Source of the DNA: Pseudomonadota bacterium
Lineage (GTDB): Bacteria > Desulfobacterota > Desulfovibrionia > Desulfovibrionales > Desulfovibrionaceae
NCBI GenBank assembly: GCA_023460395.1
Contig: JAEWQB010000002.1
Coordinates: 11,517-43,516, forward strand
Length of the DNA: 32,000 nt
Reading direction: 5' to 3'
The translations under genes and the position numbers were made by a program. Each line of letters opens with the position of its first letter. The stretch's first letter is position 1. The notes under the pieces were generated by a model. That model was not told the origin of the DNA, made no database searches, and saw only the letters and a list, made by a program, of their open reading frames with translations. This document shows positions 1 to 9,289 of the stretch, one piece after another.

Positions 1-652
1 TATAGGTTCCGGTCATGGGACCGTTGAGCACGCCGGATGTGTCCGGCAACATGATGAAGGGCACACCCACCAGCGTGATAAGACGTTTGATCTCTTCCAT
101 GTCCGACGGTTCAACCCAGCCGGGAATGATATTGACCTTATGGTTCTTTTTGCCTGTGGATTCTGCCAGCACATGCACCGCGCCCTTTACCATGTTGGAA
201 AAGCCGGTAACGTGCGAACCCACATAGCTGGGGGTTGAAGCGTAGATAACCGTCTTGCCGTCCGGCACCTTGCCTTCTTTGCGGGCCTTGTCCACGATTT
301 GGGCAAGGTCGTCCCCGATGGTTTCCGAAAGGCAGGTGGTGTGCACGGCGATAATTTCCGGCTCGTACACGGTGAAGATGTTCTCTATGGCCTGCAACAG
401 GTTGGCTTGCCCGCCGAACACGGAAGCGCCTTCGGTGAACGAACTGGTGGAGGCGGAAACTGGCTCCTTGTAGTGGCGGGTAAGCGTGCTACGGTGGTAG
501 GCGCAGCAGCCTTGGGAGCCGTGGCTATGAGGCAGGCAACCGTGTATTCCCAGTCCTGCGTACATAGCGCCAATGGGCTGGCAGGTTTTAGCCGGGTTAA
601 TATTAAGCGCGGAGCGCTCCTGTATTTCCGTGGGGGTATGTCTAAGCAGCAT
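1..652 (-). CDS. nifK: Nitrogenase MoFe protein beta chain NifK, N-terminal ~217 codons; the 3' part lies beyond the window start
   Basis: Not in the ORF track because the frame has no stop inside the window. My translation of the minus strand from ATG 652 gives MLLRHTPTEIQERSALNINPAKTCQPIGAMYAGLGIHGCLPHSHGSQGCCAYHRSTLTRHYKEPV...IIAVHTTCLSETIGDD...ASTPSYVGSHVTGF. This is a typical NifK N-terminal half with the P-cluster Cys motifs. It starts 18 nt after the nifD stop, behind GGAAGGA. Confidence 0.9.
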   Translation of the reverse strand, partial: MLLRHTPTEIQERSALNINPAKTCQPIGAMYAGLGIHGCLPHSHGSQGCCAYHRSTLTRHYKEPVSASTSSFTEGASVFGGQANLLQAIENIFTVYEPEIIAVHTTCLSETIGDDLAQIVDKARKEGKVPDGKTVIYASTPSYVGSHVTGFSNMVKGAVHVLAESTGKKNHKVNIIPGWVEPSDMEEIKRLITLVGVPFIMLPDTSGVLNGPMTGTY

Positions 653-670
653 ATGTGTACCCGTCCTTCC

Positions 671-2299
671 TTATTCCCAAACGTAGGTGGCCGAGAGTTC
701 CGGGTTTTCTTCCCATGGAGCCTTCATACCGGACCAGATTTTTGCGGAGACCATGCGTTGAATTTCTTTATAGAAATTGATGGCTCCCACGAATCCGGCA
801 TAGGGTCCGCCGTAGTCGTAGCTGTGCAGTTGCTTGAGCGGCACCCCCATTTTCTGGATGGAGAACTTCTCTTTGATGCCAGCGCAGAAAATGTCGGGTT
901 TGAGCAATTCTACCAGCTTGTCGGCCTCGTACTGGTTCAGGTCGTCAATGACGAGGGAGTTGGCTTCCATGTCAGGCATCATGCCTTCGTATTCCTTGAA
1001 GCCGAATCCTTCTTCCACCAGCTTTTTCAGGTCTTCTTCCGTCTTGCGGGGGCGGAACCGGGTTTCATCCGGGGTGATTTCCAGTTCCTCAATGTTCCGG
1101 CTGTCGGCGTCCACCTTGATATCGGGGATAACGTGACGTCCTTCATAGTCGTCGCGGTGTCCGAACTCATATCCCGCGGACAGCGTGCGCATGCCCATTT
1201 CGGTAAAGAGTTCCTGATAGTGGTGAGCACGGGAACCACCCACAAAGAGCATGGCGGTTTTGCCTTTGGTGAAGGGAAACACCTCGTCCTGCACGGCCTT
1301 TACGGCGGGCATTTCTTCGGCGATCACTTCTTCCACGCGGTCAATGAGCTTTTTGTCACCGAAATACTGGGCTATTTTGCGCAGTGACTTGGCGGTGGCT
1401 TCCGCCCCGATGAAGTTGATCTTGATCCACGGAATGCCGTATTTGGTTTCCATCATTTCCGCGACGTAGTTGATGGACCGGTGGCACATAACGGTGTTCA
1501 GGTCCGCCGTGTGGGCGGTGGCAAACTGCTCATACGTGGAGTTGCCGCTGAATGTGGAAACCAGCGTCATGCCGCATTTTTCAAGAATGCGTTCAATCTC
1601 AAACGCGTCGCCGCCAATGTTGTATTCACCCAGCACGTTGATTTTATACTCACCGAGCTTCGCGGTGTCGTCTTCGCCCACCACGTGTGTGAATATCTGG
1701 TTGTTGGCGATATGGTGCCCTGCGGACTGGGAAACGCCTTTATAGCCTTCGCAACTGAACGCGAAGACGTTGATGCCCAGTTTTTCTTTCAGGCGGCGTG
1801 CCACGGCGTGCACGTCGTCACCAATAAGGCCCACGGGACAGGTGGCGAAAATGGCCATGGCCTTGGGTTTGAATATTTCGTAGGCTTCAAGACAGGCTTT
1901 TTCCAGCTTCTTTTCCCCGCCGAAGATAATGTCCTCTTCCTGCATGTCAGTGGAAAAGGCATAGGGCATGAAGTTGGGGTCCGTGTCGGAAACCGGTTTG
2001 GTCTGGTTGCGGCGGGTGAGCCATGAATAGAAGCCACAGCCTATGGGACCGTGCGTAATGTTCACGATATCCCGCGTGGGGCCGAGAATAACCCCTTTGC
2101 ATCCGGCGTAGGTGCAGCCGCGCATGGTGATGATGCCCGGTATGGTGCGCACGTTGGCCATGATTTCGGTATCGGTTTCATTTCCGGTAACGTGTATCTG
2201 CTTGGCGCGTTTGCGGGCCACCTTGGGGGGATACTTCTTAAGAAGCTCCTCCTTGATCTCGGCGGCGCTTAATGCGCTTTTTTTCTTTTCAACAGCCAT
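671..2299 (-). CDS. nifD: Nitrogenase MoFe protein alpha chain NifD (542 aa)
   Basis: ORF-track protein carries MoFe-alpha hallmarks: GCTYAGCKGV, HGPIGCGFYSW, and FeMo-co ligand contexts LNTVMCHRSINYV (Cys) and QLHSYDYGGPY (His). RBS AAGAGGG lies before ATG 2299. nifK follows directly with no delta-subunit gene, which argues for the Mo type. Confidence 0.95.
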   Translation of the reverse strand: MAVEKKKSALSAAEIKEELLKKYPPKVARKRAKQIHVTGNETDTEIMANVRTIPGIITMRGCTYAGCKGVILGPTRDIVNITHGPIGCGFYSWLTRRNQTKPVSDTDPNFMPYAFSTDMQEEDIIFGGEKKLEKACLEAYEIFKPKAMAIFATCPVGLIGDDVHAVARRLKEKLGINVFAFSCEGYKGVSQSAGHHIANNQIFTHVVGEDDTAKLGEYKINVLGEYNIGGDAFEIERILEKCGMTLVSTFSGNSTYEQFATAHTADLNTVMCHRSINYVAEMMETKYGIPWIKINFIGAEATAKSLRKIAQYFGDKKLIDRVEEVIAEEMPAVKAVQDEVFPFTKGKTAMLFVGGSRAHHYQELFTEMGMRTLSAGYEFGHRDDYEGRHVIPDIKVDADSRNIEELEITPDETRFRPRKTEEDLKKLVEEGFGFKEYEGMMPDMEANSLVIDDLNQYEADKLVELLKPDIFCAGIKEKFSIQKMGVPLKQLHSYDYGGPYAGFVGAINFYKEIQRMVSAKIWSGMKAPWEENPELSATYVWE

Positions 2300-2396
2300 A
2301 CTGTGTCCCTCTTATTCTGCTGGTCCGGCGTATGTCCCGATGGTCCAAGGTCGTCGGGTCCGGGTCGTTCCGCGGGCTTTTGCAGCGTGTGATTAG

Positions 2397-2771
2397 TTAG
2401 AGAATGGCCTTTTCGCCGGATTCTCCGGTACGCACACGCACCGCTTCGGGCACGGGGCAGACGAAGATTTTTCCGTCGCCGGGTTTGCCGGTCTTGTTGG
2501 TGGCGATAAGTGTTGCCACCACATCATTCACCTGCTCGTCAGGCACCACCACGGTGACCATGCGCTTGGGATAGAGCCGGTCTTTGTCACCCAGCAGCTC
2601 TATGGCCTCCTCATATCCCTTCTTCGCGCCCTGTAGCAGGTGCGAACTGACCAATCCCATCCCTCTGCCATACGCTTCCTGCGCGAAGAACGCGTCCACG
2701 CCGATTTCGGTCAGGGCTTTTTTCGTCCTGTTCATCATGTTGATGCGGACAATGGCCACTATCTCTTTCAT
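2397..2771 (-). CDS. nifI2: PII-like nitrogenase regulator NifI2 (124 aa)
   Basis: GlnB/PII-fold sequence (MKEIVAIVRINMMNRTKKALTEIGV...GDGKIFVCPV). Second of two PII genes between nifH and nifD, with a 4-nt ATGA overlap with the upstream PII gene. Confidence 0.8.
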   Translation of the reverse strand: MKEIVAIVRINMMNRTKKALTEIGVDAFFAQEAYGRGMGLVSSHLLQGAKKGYEEAIELLGDKDRLYPKRMVTVVVPDEQVNDVVATLIATNKTGKPGDGKIFVCPVPEAVRVRTGESGEKAIL

Positions 2772-3109
2772 GCGGCGGCCTCCTGTTCTTCGTGTACCCC
2801 GGAACTGATGGTGTATACGTCTTCAACAGGCGTGATGAATATCTTGCCGTCGCCGAAAGCCCCTTTGGTGCCGGAACGGGCGGTCTTCATGATGGTTTCC
2901 ACCACGAAGTCCTTGTCCGTAGTCTTCACCACGCTGATAAGCATGGTCTTGGGAATTTCGTCGTAGGTCACTTCGCCGATTTTGATGCCGCGCTGTTTGC
3001 CGCGTCCGGCGACGGACAGCTTGGTCACGGCGGGGAATCCCGCATCCATAAGAGCTGCCAGAATTTCGTCCGACTTTTCGGGGCGCACAATGGCTCGAAC
3101 CATGATCAT
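2768..3109 (-). CDS. nifI1: PII-like nitrogenase regulator NifI1 (113 aa)
   Basis: PII-fold sequence (MIMVRAIVRPEKSDEILAALMDAGFPAVTKLSVAGRGKQRG...GDGKIFITPV). First PII gene after nifH, the arrangement typical of NifI1/NifI2-type nif clusters. Confidence 0.8.
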   Translation of the reverse strand: MIMVRAIVRPEKSDEILAALMDAGFPAVTKLSVAGRGKQRGIKIGEVTYDEIPKTMLISVVKTTDKDFVVETIMKTARSGTKGAFGDGKIFITPVEDVYTISSGVHEEQEAAA

Positions 3110-3152
3110 TGCAATTCTCCTTAGGTGTTCGCGGCGTGTCAGTGGTGCCGGG

Positions 3153-4046
<894 letters not shown>

Positions 4047-4099
4047 CTAACAAACTGAAAATGTTATCTATGGGAGCTGTGCTCTTGTGATGTTACAAG

Positions 4100-4114
4100 G
4101 CAAGGGACGTGCCA
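4100..4114 (-). promoter_or_regulatory. Sigma-54 (-24/-12) promoter of the nifH operon
   Basis: The minus strand reads TGGCACGTCCCTTGC, matching TGGCACG-N4-TTGC with correct GG/GC spacing. It lies about 117 nt upstream of nifH ATG 3983. Confidence 0.7.
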
Positions 4115-4322
4115 AAAATAGAGGTGGCATCCAACTGATTGTTTTCATGATAGAAGCACGAAAAAACATCCTTTCGGGACAGTCGCGGAGGCTGTGAAAC
4201 TACATTCCTGCTAGCGACAAAAGTGTTAGCGCCTACAATTTTCGTGAGTGCGGCACATGACGGAGGTGGAAGAACGCCTTGAAAGACGGGGGAATGGAAG
4301 ATTCCCCTTCTCGCCACCACGC

Positions 4323-4338
4323 TGGCATCGGCATTGCA
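4323..4338 (+). promoter_or_regulatory. Candidate sigma-54 (-24/-12) promoter of the nifV-like gene
   Basis: The plus strand reads TGGCATCGGCATTGCA (TGGCAT-N5-TTGCA) with correct GG-N10-GC spacing. It lies about 109 nt upstream of ATG 4447 and is divergent from the nifH promoter. Confidence 0.55.
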
Positions 4339-4446
4339 ACACATACGCCGCAGGCTGTTCTGCATCCCCCGTCGTCTTCACGAAGCCGTGTTGCGGAATT
4401 CCACCGCCAACGCGTGTTGGGGAACGCACACCCGCAAGGAGCCTAC

Positions 4447-5601
4447 ATGTTGCTGGATACCACGCTACGCGAGGGTGAACAGGCGTTTGGCGTTTACATG
4501 GATATAGCCGCCAAGCGGTATATCGTGGAAACGCTGGCCCGTGCGGGCATAGAAGAACTGGAAATAGGGTATGTGGGGCAAGAGTGCTTGCCCGCACTGC
4601 TGGAACACGCTCGCCGGGTGGCACCGCACATGGCTGTTTCCGTGTGGTGCCGCTGCCGCGAGGCAGACGTCCGCGCCGCGGCGGAACTGGGGGTGCGCCG
4701 TATAAACATGGGCGTGCCCGTTTCTCACGCGCACATCACGGAACGGCTGCGCACCACGGAAGCGGCACTGCGTGACCAGTTGGCGGCTGTAATTTCGTTG
4801 GCCCGTAGTCGCGGCATTTCGTTTATTTCTCTGGGGCTGGAAGACTGCTCGCGTGCCGAAATTGATGACGCCGTGCGCATGGCGGGATTTGGTGTGGGGC
4901 TGGGAGCGGCGCGCATTCGGCTTTCCGACACGGTGGGGTTGCTCACACCCGTAAGCACCGCGCAACTGGTCACACGGTTCCGCGCATCATTGCCACGGGA
5001 AACGCGCATTGGGACGCATTTTCATAATGACTTCGGCATGGCCACGGCGAATGCCATTACCGCGTTGGTATATGGAGCGGACTGTGCGGACGTTTCCGTG
5101 CTGGGGATTGGGGAACGCGCGGGGATTGCCCGGTTGGAAGAGGTGGCTGCGGCGTGTCTGCTGCGGCTTGCGGGAGAGTCGCATTTCCGGGCATATGATC
5201 TCCCTTTGCTGCGGGCGTTGGCGGAGGATATCGCAGAACTTGCCCATGTGGTTATCCCCCGGAACCGCCCGATTCTGGGCCAAGATATTTTTGCGGTGGA
5301 AAGCGGGCTGCATACGGATGGGCTTCAGAAACAGCCCTCTTTGTTCGAGCCATTTGATCCGGCTCTGGTGGACGGACGACGTCTCGTCGGGCTGGGACGG
5401 AAATCTGGGCGTGCCGCTGTGGTGGGCGCCGCTCGTGACGCGGGATTTGAACTGGAGCAGGAGGCTGCGGATATGCTCGTGAAGCGCGTCCGCGATGTCG
5501 CCGACCGTCTGAATCGGACCTTGCATGACGAGGAATTCAGAGAGCTTTGCCACGAGTGCGCGGGTGCTTCCCCGCCTCGTTCATCAAGCGGGAATATGTA
5601 A
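4447..5601 (+). CDS. nifV: Homocitrate synthase-like protein (NifV-like; HMGL/DRE-TIM metallolyase family), 384 aa
   Basis: The N-terminus MLLDTTLREGEQAFGVY... is the LeuA/NifV family signature, and HFHNDFGMATANA is present. AAGGAG lies 5 nt before ATG 4447. The track ORF begins at a TTG (4279) and adds 56 low-complexity residues that I reject. The assignment to NifV rather than another family member rests on nif adjacency. Confidence 0.72.
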   Translation: MLLDTTLREGEQAFGVYMDIAAKRYIVETLARAGIEELEIGYVGQECLPALLEHARRVAPHMAVSVWCRCREADVRAAAELGVRRINMGVPVSHAHITERLRTTEAALRDQLAAVISLARSRGISFISLGLEDCSRAEIDDAVRMAGFGVGLGAARIRLSDTVGLLTPVSTAQLVTRFRASLPRETRIGTHFHNDFGMATANAITALVYGADCADVSVLGIGERAGIARLEEVAAACLLRLAGESHFRAYDLPLLRALAEDIAELAHVVIPRNRPILGQDIFAVESGLHTDGLQKQPSLFEPFDPALVDGRRLVGLGRKSGRAAVVGAARDAGFELEQEAADMLVKRVRDVADRLNRTLHDEEFRELCHECAGASPPRSSSGNM

Positions 5602-5658
5602 CTGTATGGATTATGGTGTGCGGAGGGAATATGGGGAACGGCATACCGCATCACCCTT

Positions 5659-6585
5659 TCACAAGGGGTCTTCTGCAATGAGTTTCCCCACCTTCACTAT
5701 GAGATTGCGCAACCACGTGTGCCCTGCGTCGTCTTGTGAGCGGGGATGCCATATCAGGCTGTAGGAAAATCCCTCTCCCGCTACCGGAGAGGGGAAACAA
5801 GACAGCTTGGAGTAATCCGGTAAGGCCCTGGCAAGCCTGTACGGCAAAGTCAGAATCATATCCGTATCGACCATAGCTCTTGCCGCAACGGCATAATGCG
5901 GAATGACCGCCGCGATATGCCGCTGAAGTCCTTGTTGGGATAAGAGTATGTCCACGTCCGTATAACTATGCTCCGAGGTTGAGACAATCATATGCGGCAG
6001 TGCGAGATACTCTTCCAAGGTCAACCTGCCCTTATCGGCAAGGTCACTTTGGGGACCGGCAAGGCAAATGAACCGATCTGTGTAGAGAGGCACCGTGCAT
6101 AGATTCTCATAAGCGGAATCAGGGATGCAAAACCCCATATGGATACTGCCGTTGGTCACCTGCCGGGAAATGGCGTGGTGTTCCGCCAGAGAGCATATAA
6201 TCTCCACCCCCGGCGCATTCTGCCGCACGAGCGGAAGCAGCAGAGGGAGGAAGAGGTATGCGCCATAGTCGGAAATGGCCATGTGGAACGTCCGTTTTAT
6301 AGAAGCAGGCTCCCATACCTCCGGTCCGTTTATCACTTCCTTCACAGTATACAGTGCCCTTTCGAGCGACGCTTGCAGTTCAAGCGCTTTTGCCGTGGGC
6401 TGTATGCCACGCCGGACTTGAAGAAAAAGCTCATCATTCAGGAGCCTGCGGAGCTGGGCCAGGGCGTGGCTCACCGCGGGCTGGCTCATGGAAAGCTTTT
6501 TCGCCGCTCGTGATACGCTCCGCTCAATCAACAGTTCGTGCAGTATGACGAGTAAATTGAGATTGATGTTTCTTAAAGTATGCAT
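5659..6585 (-). CDS. LysR-family transcriptional regulator (308 aa)
   Basis: N-terminal wHTH NLNLLVILHELLIERSVSRAAKKLSMSQPAVSHALAQLRRLL followed by a LysR substrate-binding-type C-terminus. Divergent from the aldo/keto reductase gene. Confidence 0.9.
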   Translation of the reverse strand: MHTLRNINLNLLVILHELLIERSVSRAAKKLSMSQPAVSHALAQLRRLLNDELFLQVRRGIQPTAKALELQASLERALYTVKEVINGPEVWEPASIKRTFHMAISDYGAYLFLPLLLPLVRQNAPGVEIICSLAEHHAISRQVTNGSIHMGFCIPDSAYENLCTVPLYTDRFICLAGPQSDLADKGRLTLEEYLALPHMIVSTSEHSYTDVDILLSQQGLQRHIAAVIPHYAVAARAMVDTDMILTLPYRLARALPDYSKLSCFPSPVAGEGFSYSLIWHPRSQDDAGHTWLRNLIVKVGKLIAEDPL

Positions 6586-6595
6586 TGTTTTTATA

Positions 6596-6613
6596 CCATA
6601 TATAAAAATATGG
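6596..6613. promoter_or_regulatory. Candidate LysR operator: perfect inverted repeat CCATAT-N6-ATATGG
   Basis: CCATATATAAAAATATGG sits 11 nt upstream of the lysR start in the AT-rich divergent intergenic region. ATTAGTCATTTATAAT (T-N11-A type) follows at 6615-6630. Confidence 0.35.
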
Positions 6614-6728
6614 CATTAGTCATTTATAATACGAATAGCTACCTTGCTTACGAAGAGAGCAAACCATTTCAGGCCGTGTGCCGCTAAGTCTGCGGATAAC
6701 ATGGCGGAAAAACGAGAAACGAGGGTAT

Positions 6729-7724
6729 ATGAAATTCAGGCAACTTGGAAAAACCGGCGAAAGCGTATCCGCTATCGGGCTGGGGTGCATGGGCATGTCG
6801 CATGCCTACGGAAGCAGGGACGACACCGAAAGTGTAGCCACCCTTCATAAGGCGCTGGAGTTGGGCATCAACTTTTGGGACACTGCTGACTTTTACGGCA
6901 ACGGCGATAATGAACGCCTTATCGCGAAGGTGTTGAAGGGCAACAGAGATAACGTGTTTCTCGCCACAAAATTTGGATTTCGCTATCCCGATTCGGGGAG
7001 TTTGTTCGTCAGCGTTGTGGACGGTTCGCCGCAATGGATGCGTAACGCCTTGGAGCAGAGTCTGCGACGTCTGGAAGTAGAATGCATTGACCTGTACTAC
7101 CTGCACCGTGTTGACCCTAATGTTCCGGTGGAAGAGTCGGTAGGGGCCATGGCTGACATGGTGAAGGAGGGGAAGATCCGCCATATCGGCCTTTCCGAGG
7201 CCTCTGCGGAATCTCTCAGAAGAGCGTCTTCCATACATCCCATAGCCGCTCTTGAGAGCGAGTATTCTTTGCTCACCCGCAATGTTGAAGAAGACATCTT
7301 GCCGAATTTGGCTGAGTTTGGGACGAGCTTAGTGCCGTTTTCCCCCTTGGGGCGAGGGATGTTCACCGAACATTTTGACATTACCCAAATGAAGCCCGGA
7401 GATGCCAGACTTGAGATGCCACGCTTTCAAGGCAGGCATCTCGCCAATAACAAGAAGCTGATGCGGGAACTTGACGATTTTTCGTATAGCAAAGGCATAA
7501 ACACGGTGCAACTTGCCCTTGCATGGCTGTTGTTCAAAGGGGAGAACATCATCCCAATTCCCGGAACAAAGAGGCGGAACTATTTAGAAATGAATGCGAA
7601 AGCGGTGGATGTTGATCTGAGTTTTGACGACGTTGCAGAAATCGAACAGATCATCGCAAGATATCCCGACACTGGAGAGCGATACCCGGAGTCGTCATTA
7701 AAACTGATTCAAAATGCCCCCTGA
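6729..7724 (+). CDS. Aldo/keto reductase (331 aa)
   Basis: [28 protein letters not shown]...[18 protein letters not shown]...[10 protein letters not shown] is a typical AKR. Start moved to ATG 6729, since the track start at 6678 adds 17 residues. Confidence 0.9.
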   Translation: MKFRQLGKTGESVSAIGLGCMGMSHAYGSRDDTESVATLHKALELGINFWDTADFYGNGDNERLIAKVLKGNRDNVFLATKFGFRYPDSGSLFVSVVDGSPQWMRNALEQSLRRLEVECIDLYYLHRVDPNVPVEESVGAMADMVKEGKIRHIGLSEASAESLRRASSIHPIAALESEYSLLTRNVEEDILPNLAEFGTSLVPFSPLGRGMFTEHFDITQMKPGDARLEMPRFQGRHLANNKKLMRELDDFSYSKGINTVQLALAWLLFKGENIIPIPGTKRRNYLEMNAKAVDVDLSFDDVAEIEQIIARYPDTGERYPESSLKLIQNAP

Positions 7725-8017
7725 CCGGCGAGTACCAAAGCCCGCTCAGGCTGTTTGCACAGCTCACCAGTATACCGCATGCGTATGCATCTGACGCGCC
7801 CCTCTGAAGGCAGAAACGGTCTGCACCATAGGCAACTCTTCGTTGCGCCTGATGGGGAAATGCTGCCCGCTTCACCTGCGGCAACGAAACATATTGTTCT
7901 TTGCGCAACGGGGATCCTGTGCGATTGTGAGACGAGTCTTCTTTCGTTGTCGTGACGGAGGGACACAAGTAGCGCAGTCATATGACTGTGGGAAACATGA
8001 GCACAGGAGCGCCTGAA

Positions 8018-8428
8018 ATGAAACGTATACTGCTTACCGCAATTCTTTGCGGCGTGGTGTTGGTAGGGACGTCTGAAAGCAGGGCACAGCAACACGGTGG
8101 ATTTGTTGATCCTTCCGCCACGGCAGGTGTCGCGGACAGTGAAAGCGGCGGGTTTGTTGGACCGGGACCAGACGTTACTCCGGCGGGGGAAGTGCTTGGC
8201 ATGCGGGATGACGCGCAGGTTGCTCTGCGCGGGTACATTACCCGGCATCTCGGCAAGGACAAGTACCTGTTTCAAGACGATACCGGAACCGTTCGCGTGG
8301 AAATAGACAGAGACAAATGGAAGGGGCAGGTTATCACGCCTAATGACCTTGTGGATATGCAAGGCGAGGTAGATAAGGACTGGAATAGTGTGGAAGTGGA
8401 GGTCTATAGCATCTCCAAAGCGCGGTAG
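8018..8428 (+). CDS. YgiW/YdeI-family periplasmic OB-fold (BOF) protein
   Basis: Signal peptide MKRILLTAILCGVVLVGTSESRAQQ, then the ...VALRGYITRHLGKDKYLFQDDTGTVRVEIDRDKWKG... pattern of the YgiW family. AGGAG lies 8 nt before ATG 8018. Confidence 0.8.
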   Translation: MKRILLTAILCGVVLVGTSESRAQQHGGFVDPSATAGVADSESGGFVGPGPDVTPAGEVLGMRDDAQVALRGYITRHLGKDKYLFQDDTGTVRVEIDRDKWKGQVITPNDLVDMQGEVDKDWNSVEVEVYSISKAR

Positions 8429-8431
8429 CAC

Positions 8432-8483
8432 AGCGCATTTGCTGGGTGTCACAGAGTGCCAATGCGCTCTTTTCCGACTTTTT
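8432..8483 (+). terminator. Candidate intrinsic terminator after the ygiW-like gene
   Basis: AGCGCATT (8432-8439) pairs with AATGCGCT (8461-8468). A T-rich CTTTTCCGACTTTTT follows. The loop is long (21 nt), so the call is only moderate. Confidence 0.4.
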
Positions 8484-8604
8484 GGGTAGTCTTTTCCTTT
8501 TTCTGCGGTGTCTTGTCGCTTTTCTTTTCGTGGTGCGTTAGGGTCCGCCTGCATAGAGTATAGAGCACCCGCTGCCGCAGCGACTACAGAAATCGGGAGG
8601 AGAG

Positions 8605-9117
8605 ATGGATATTGTATATACGCCCATTGGCTATTTTCGCACACCGCATGTGGATGTAAAGGGCATGCCTATTCAGCCCGTGGGTGCTGACGGCATATTT
8701 GGCTCTATCGTGGTGGAAGAACAGTTTGTGCCGGGGCTGGAAGATCTGGACGGGTTTTCCCATGTTATTGTGCTGTATCATCTGCACGAGATTCGTGGAT
8801 ATGACCTGACGGTTACGCCATTTTTAGACACTCACCCGCACGGAATTTTCGCCACACGTTCGCCCAAAAGACCAAACCCCATAGGAATTTCCGTGATGCG
8901 TCTGCACAATGTGCAGGGGAATACGGTGAATCTGGAATGCGTGGATGTGCTGGACGGGACACCGGTGATTGACATCAAACCCTACGTGCCCCGGTTTGAC
9001 GTGTGGGAAGCCGAGCGTGTGGGGTGGTTTGCGGGAAAAGCGCAAAATGCCACCCACCACCGGAGTGATGGTCGGTTTGCCGCTGAACAGCTTGCGAGTG
9101 ATCCGCACGATTCGTAG
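8605..9117 (+). CDS. tsaA: TsaA/YaeB-family tRNA (t6A37) methyltransferase TrmO-like protein (170 aa)
   Basis: PIGYFRTP...GFSHVIVLYHLH...GIFATRSPKRPNPIGISVMRL...LDGTPVIDIKPYVP is the TsaA-like domain signature. GGGAGGAGAG precedes ATG 8605. Confidence 0.85.
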   Translation: MDIVYTPIGYFRTPHVDVKGMPIQPVGADGIFGSIVVEEQFVPGLEDLDGFSHVIVLYHLHEIRGYDLTVTPFLDTHPHGIFATRSPKRPNPIGISVMRLHNVQGNTVNLECVDVLDGTPVIDIKPYVPRFDVWEAERVGWFAGKAQNATHHRSDGRFAAEQLASDPHDS

Positions 9118-9180
9118 CTCCGCCGTATTGCGGAGCCATGCTTCGTGGCATTTTATCAGACGTGAAACGCGATGTGCGCC

Positions 9181-9208
9181 GCCCCCCGTAGAGCTTCTGC
9201 GGGGGGGC
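9181..9208. terminator. GC hairpin between the convergent tsaA and epimerase genes (possible bidirectional terminator)
   Basis: GCCCCCCG-tagagcttctg-CGGGGGGGC followed by CTTT. It lies between the two convergent stop codons (9117 and 9290). Confidence 0.4.
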
Positions 9209-9289
9209 TTTGGGTGCGCTGCGGTGCGTTCGGCAGAGTTCCGTGGCAACCGGAGAGGGCATCGCCACGAAATGCCAGAAGGGCTAGGG

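Noticed and set aside
299-1387. 362-aa plus-strand ORF overlapping nifK and nifD
   Set aside because: It lies entirely antisense to two genes with unmistakable nitrogenase sequence. Its composition is Gly/Val/Ala/His-rich and low-complexity, typical of shadow ORFs in GC-rich DNA.
4115-4322. Canonical NifA UAS (TGT-N10-ACA) and IHF site between the two sigma-54 promoters
   Set aside because: None was found by eye. Only TGT-N6-ACA and TGT-N8-ACA variants and an imperfect IHF-like ATCCAACTGATTG were seen, so no UAS feature is reported. This is discussed as a finding instead.
4279-4446. 56-codon N-terminal extension of the nifV-like ORF from a TTG start
   Set aside because: The extension would cover the sigma-54 promoter candidate, is low-complexity, and precedes a good AAGGAG-ATG start at the family-typical N-terminus.
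7709-8644. 311-aa minus-strand ORF covering the ygiW-like gene region
   Set aside because: It is antisense to a well-supported secreted OB-fold gene and spans intergenic DNA. It has no recognisable domain or RBS and an odd Arg/His/Cys-rich composition.
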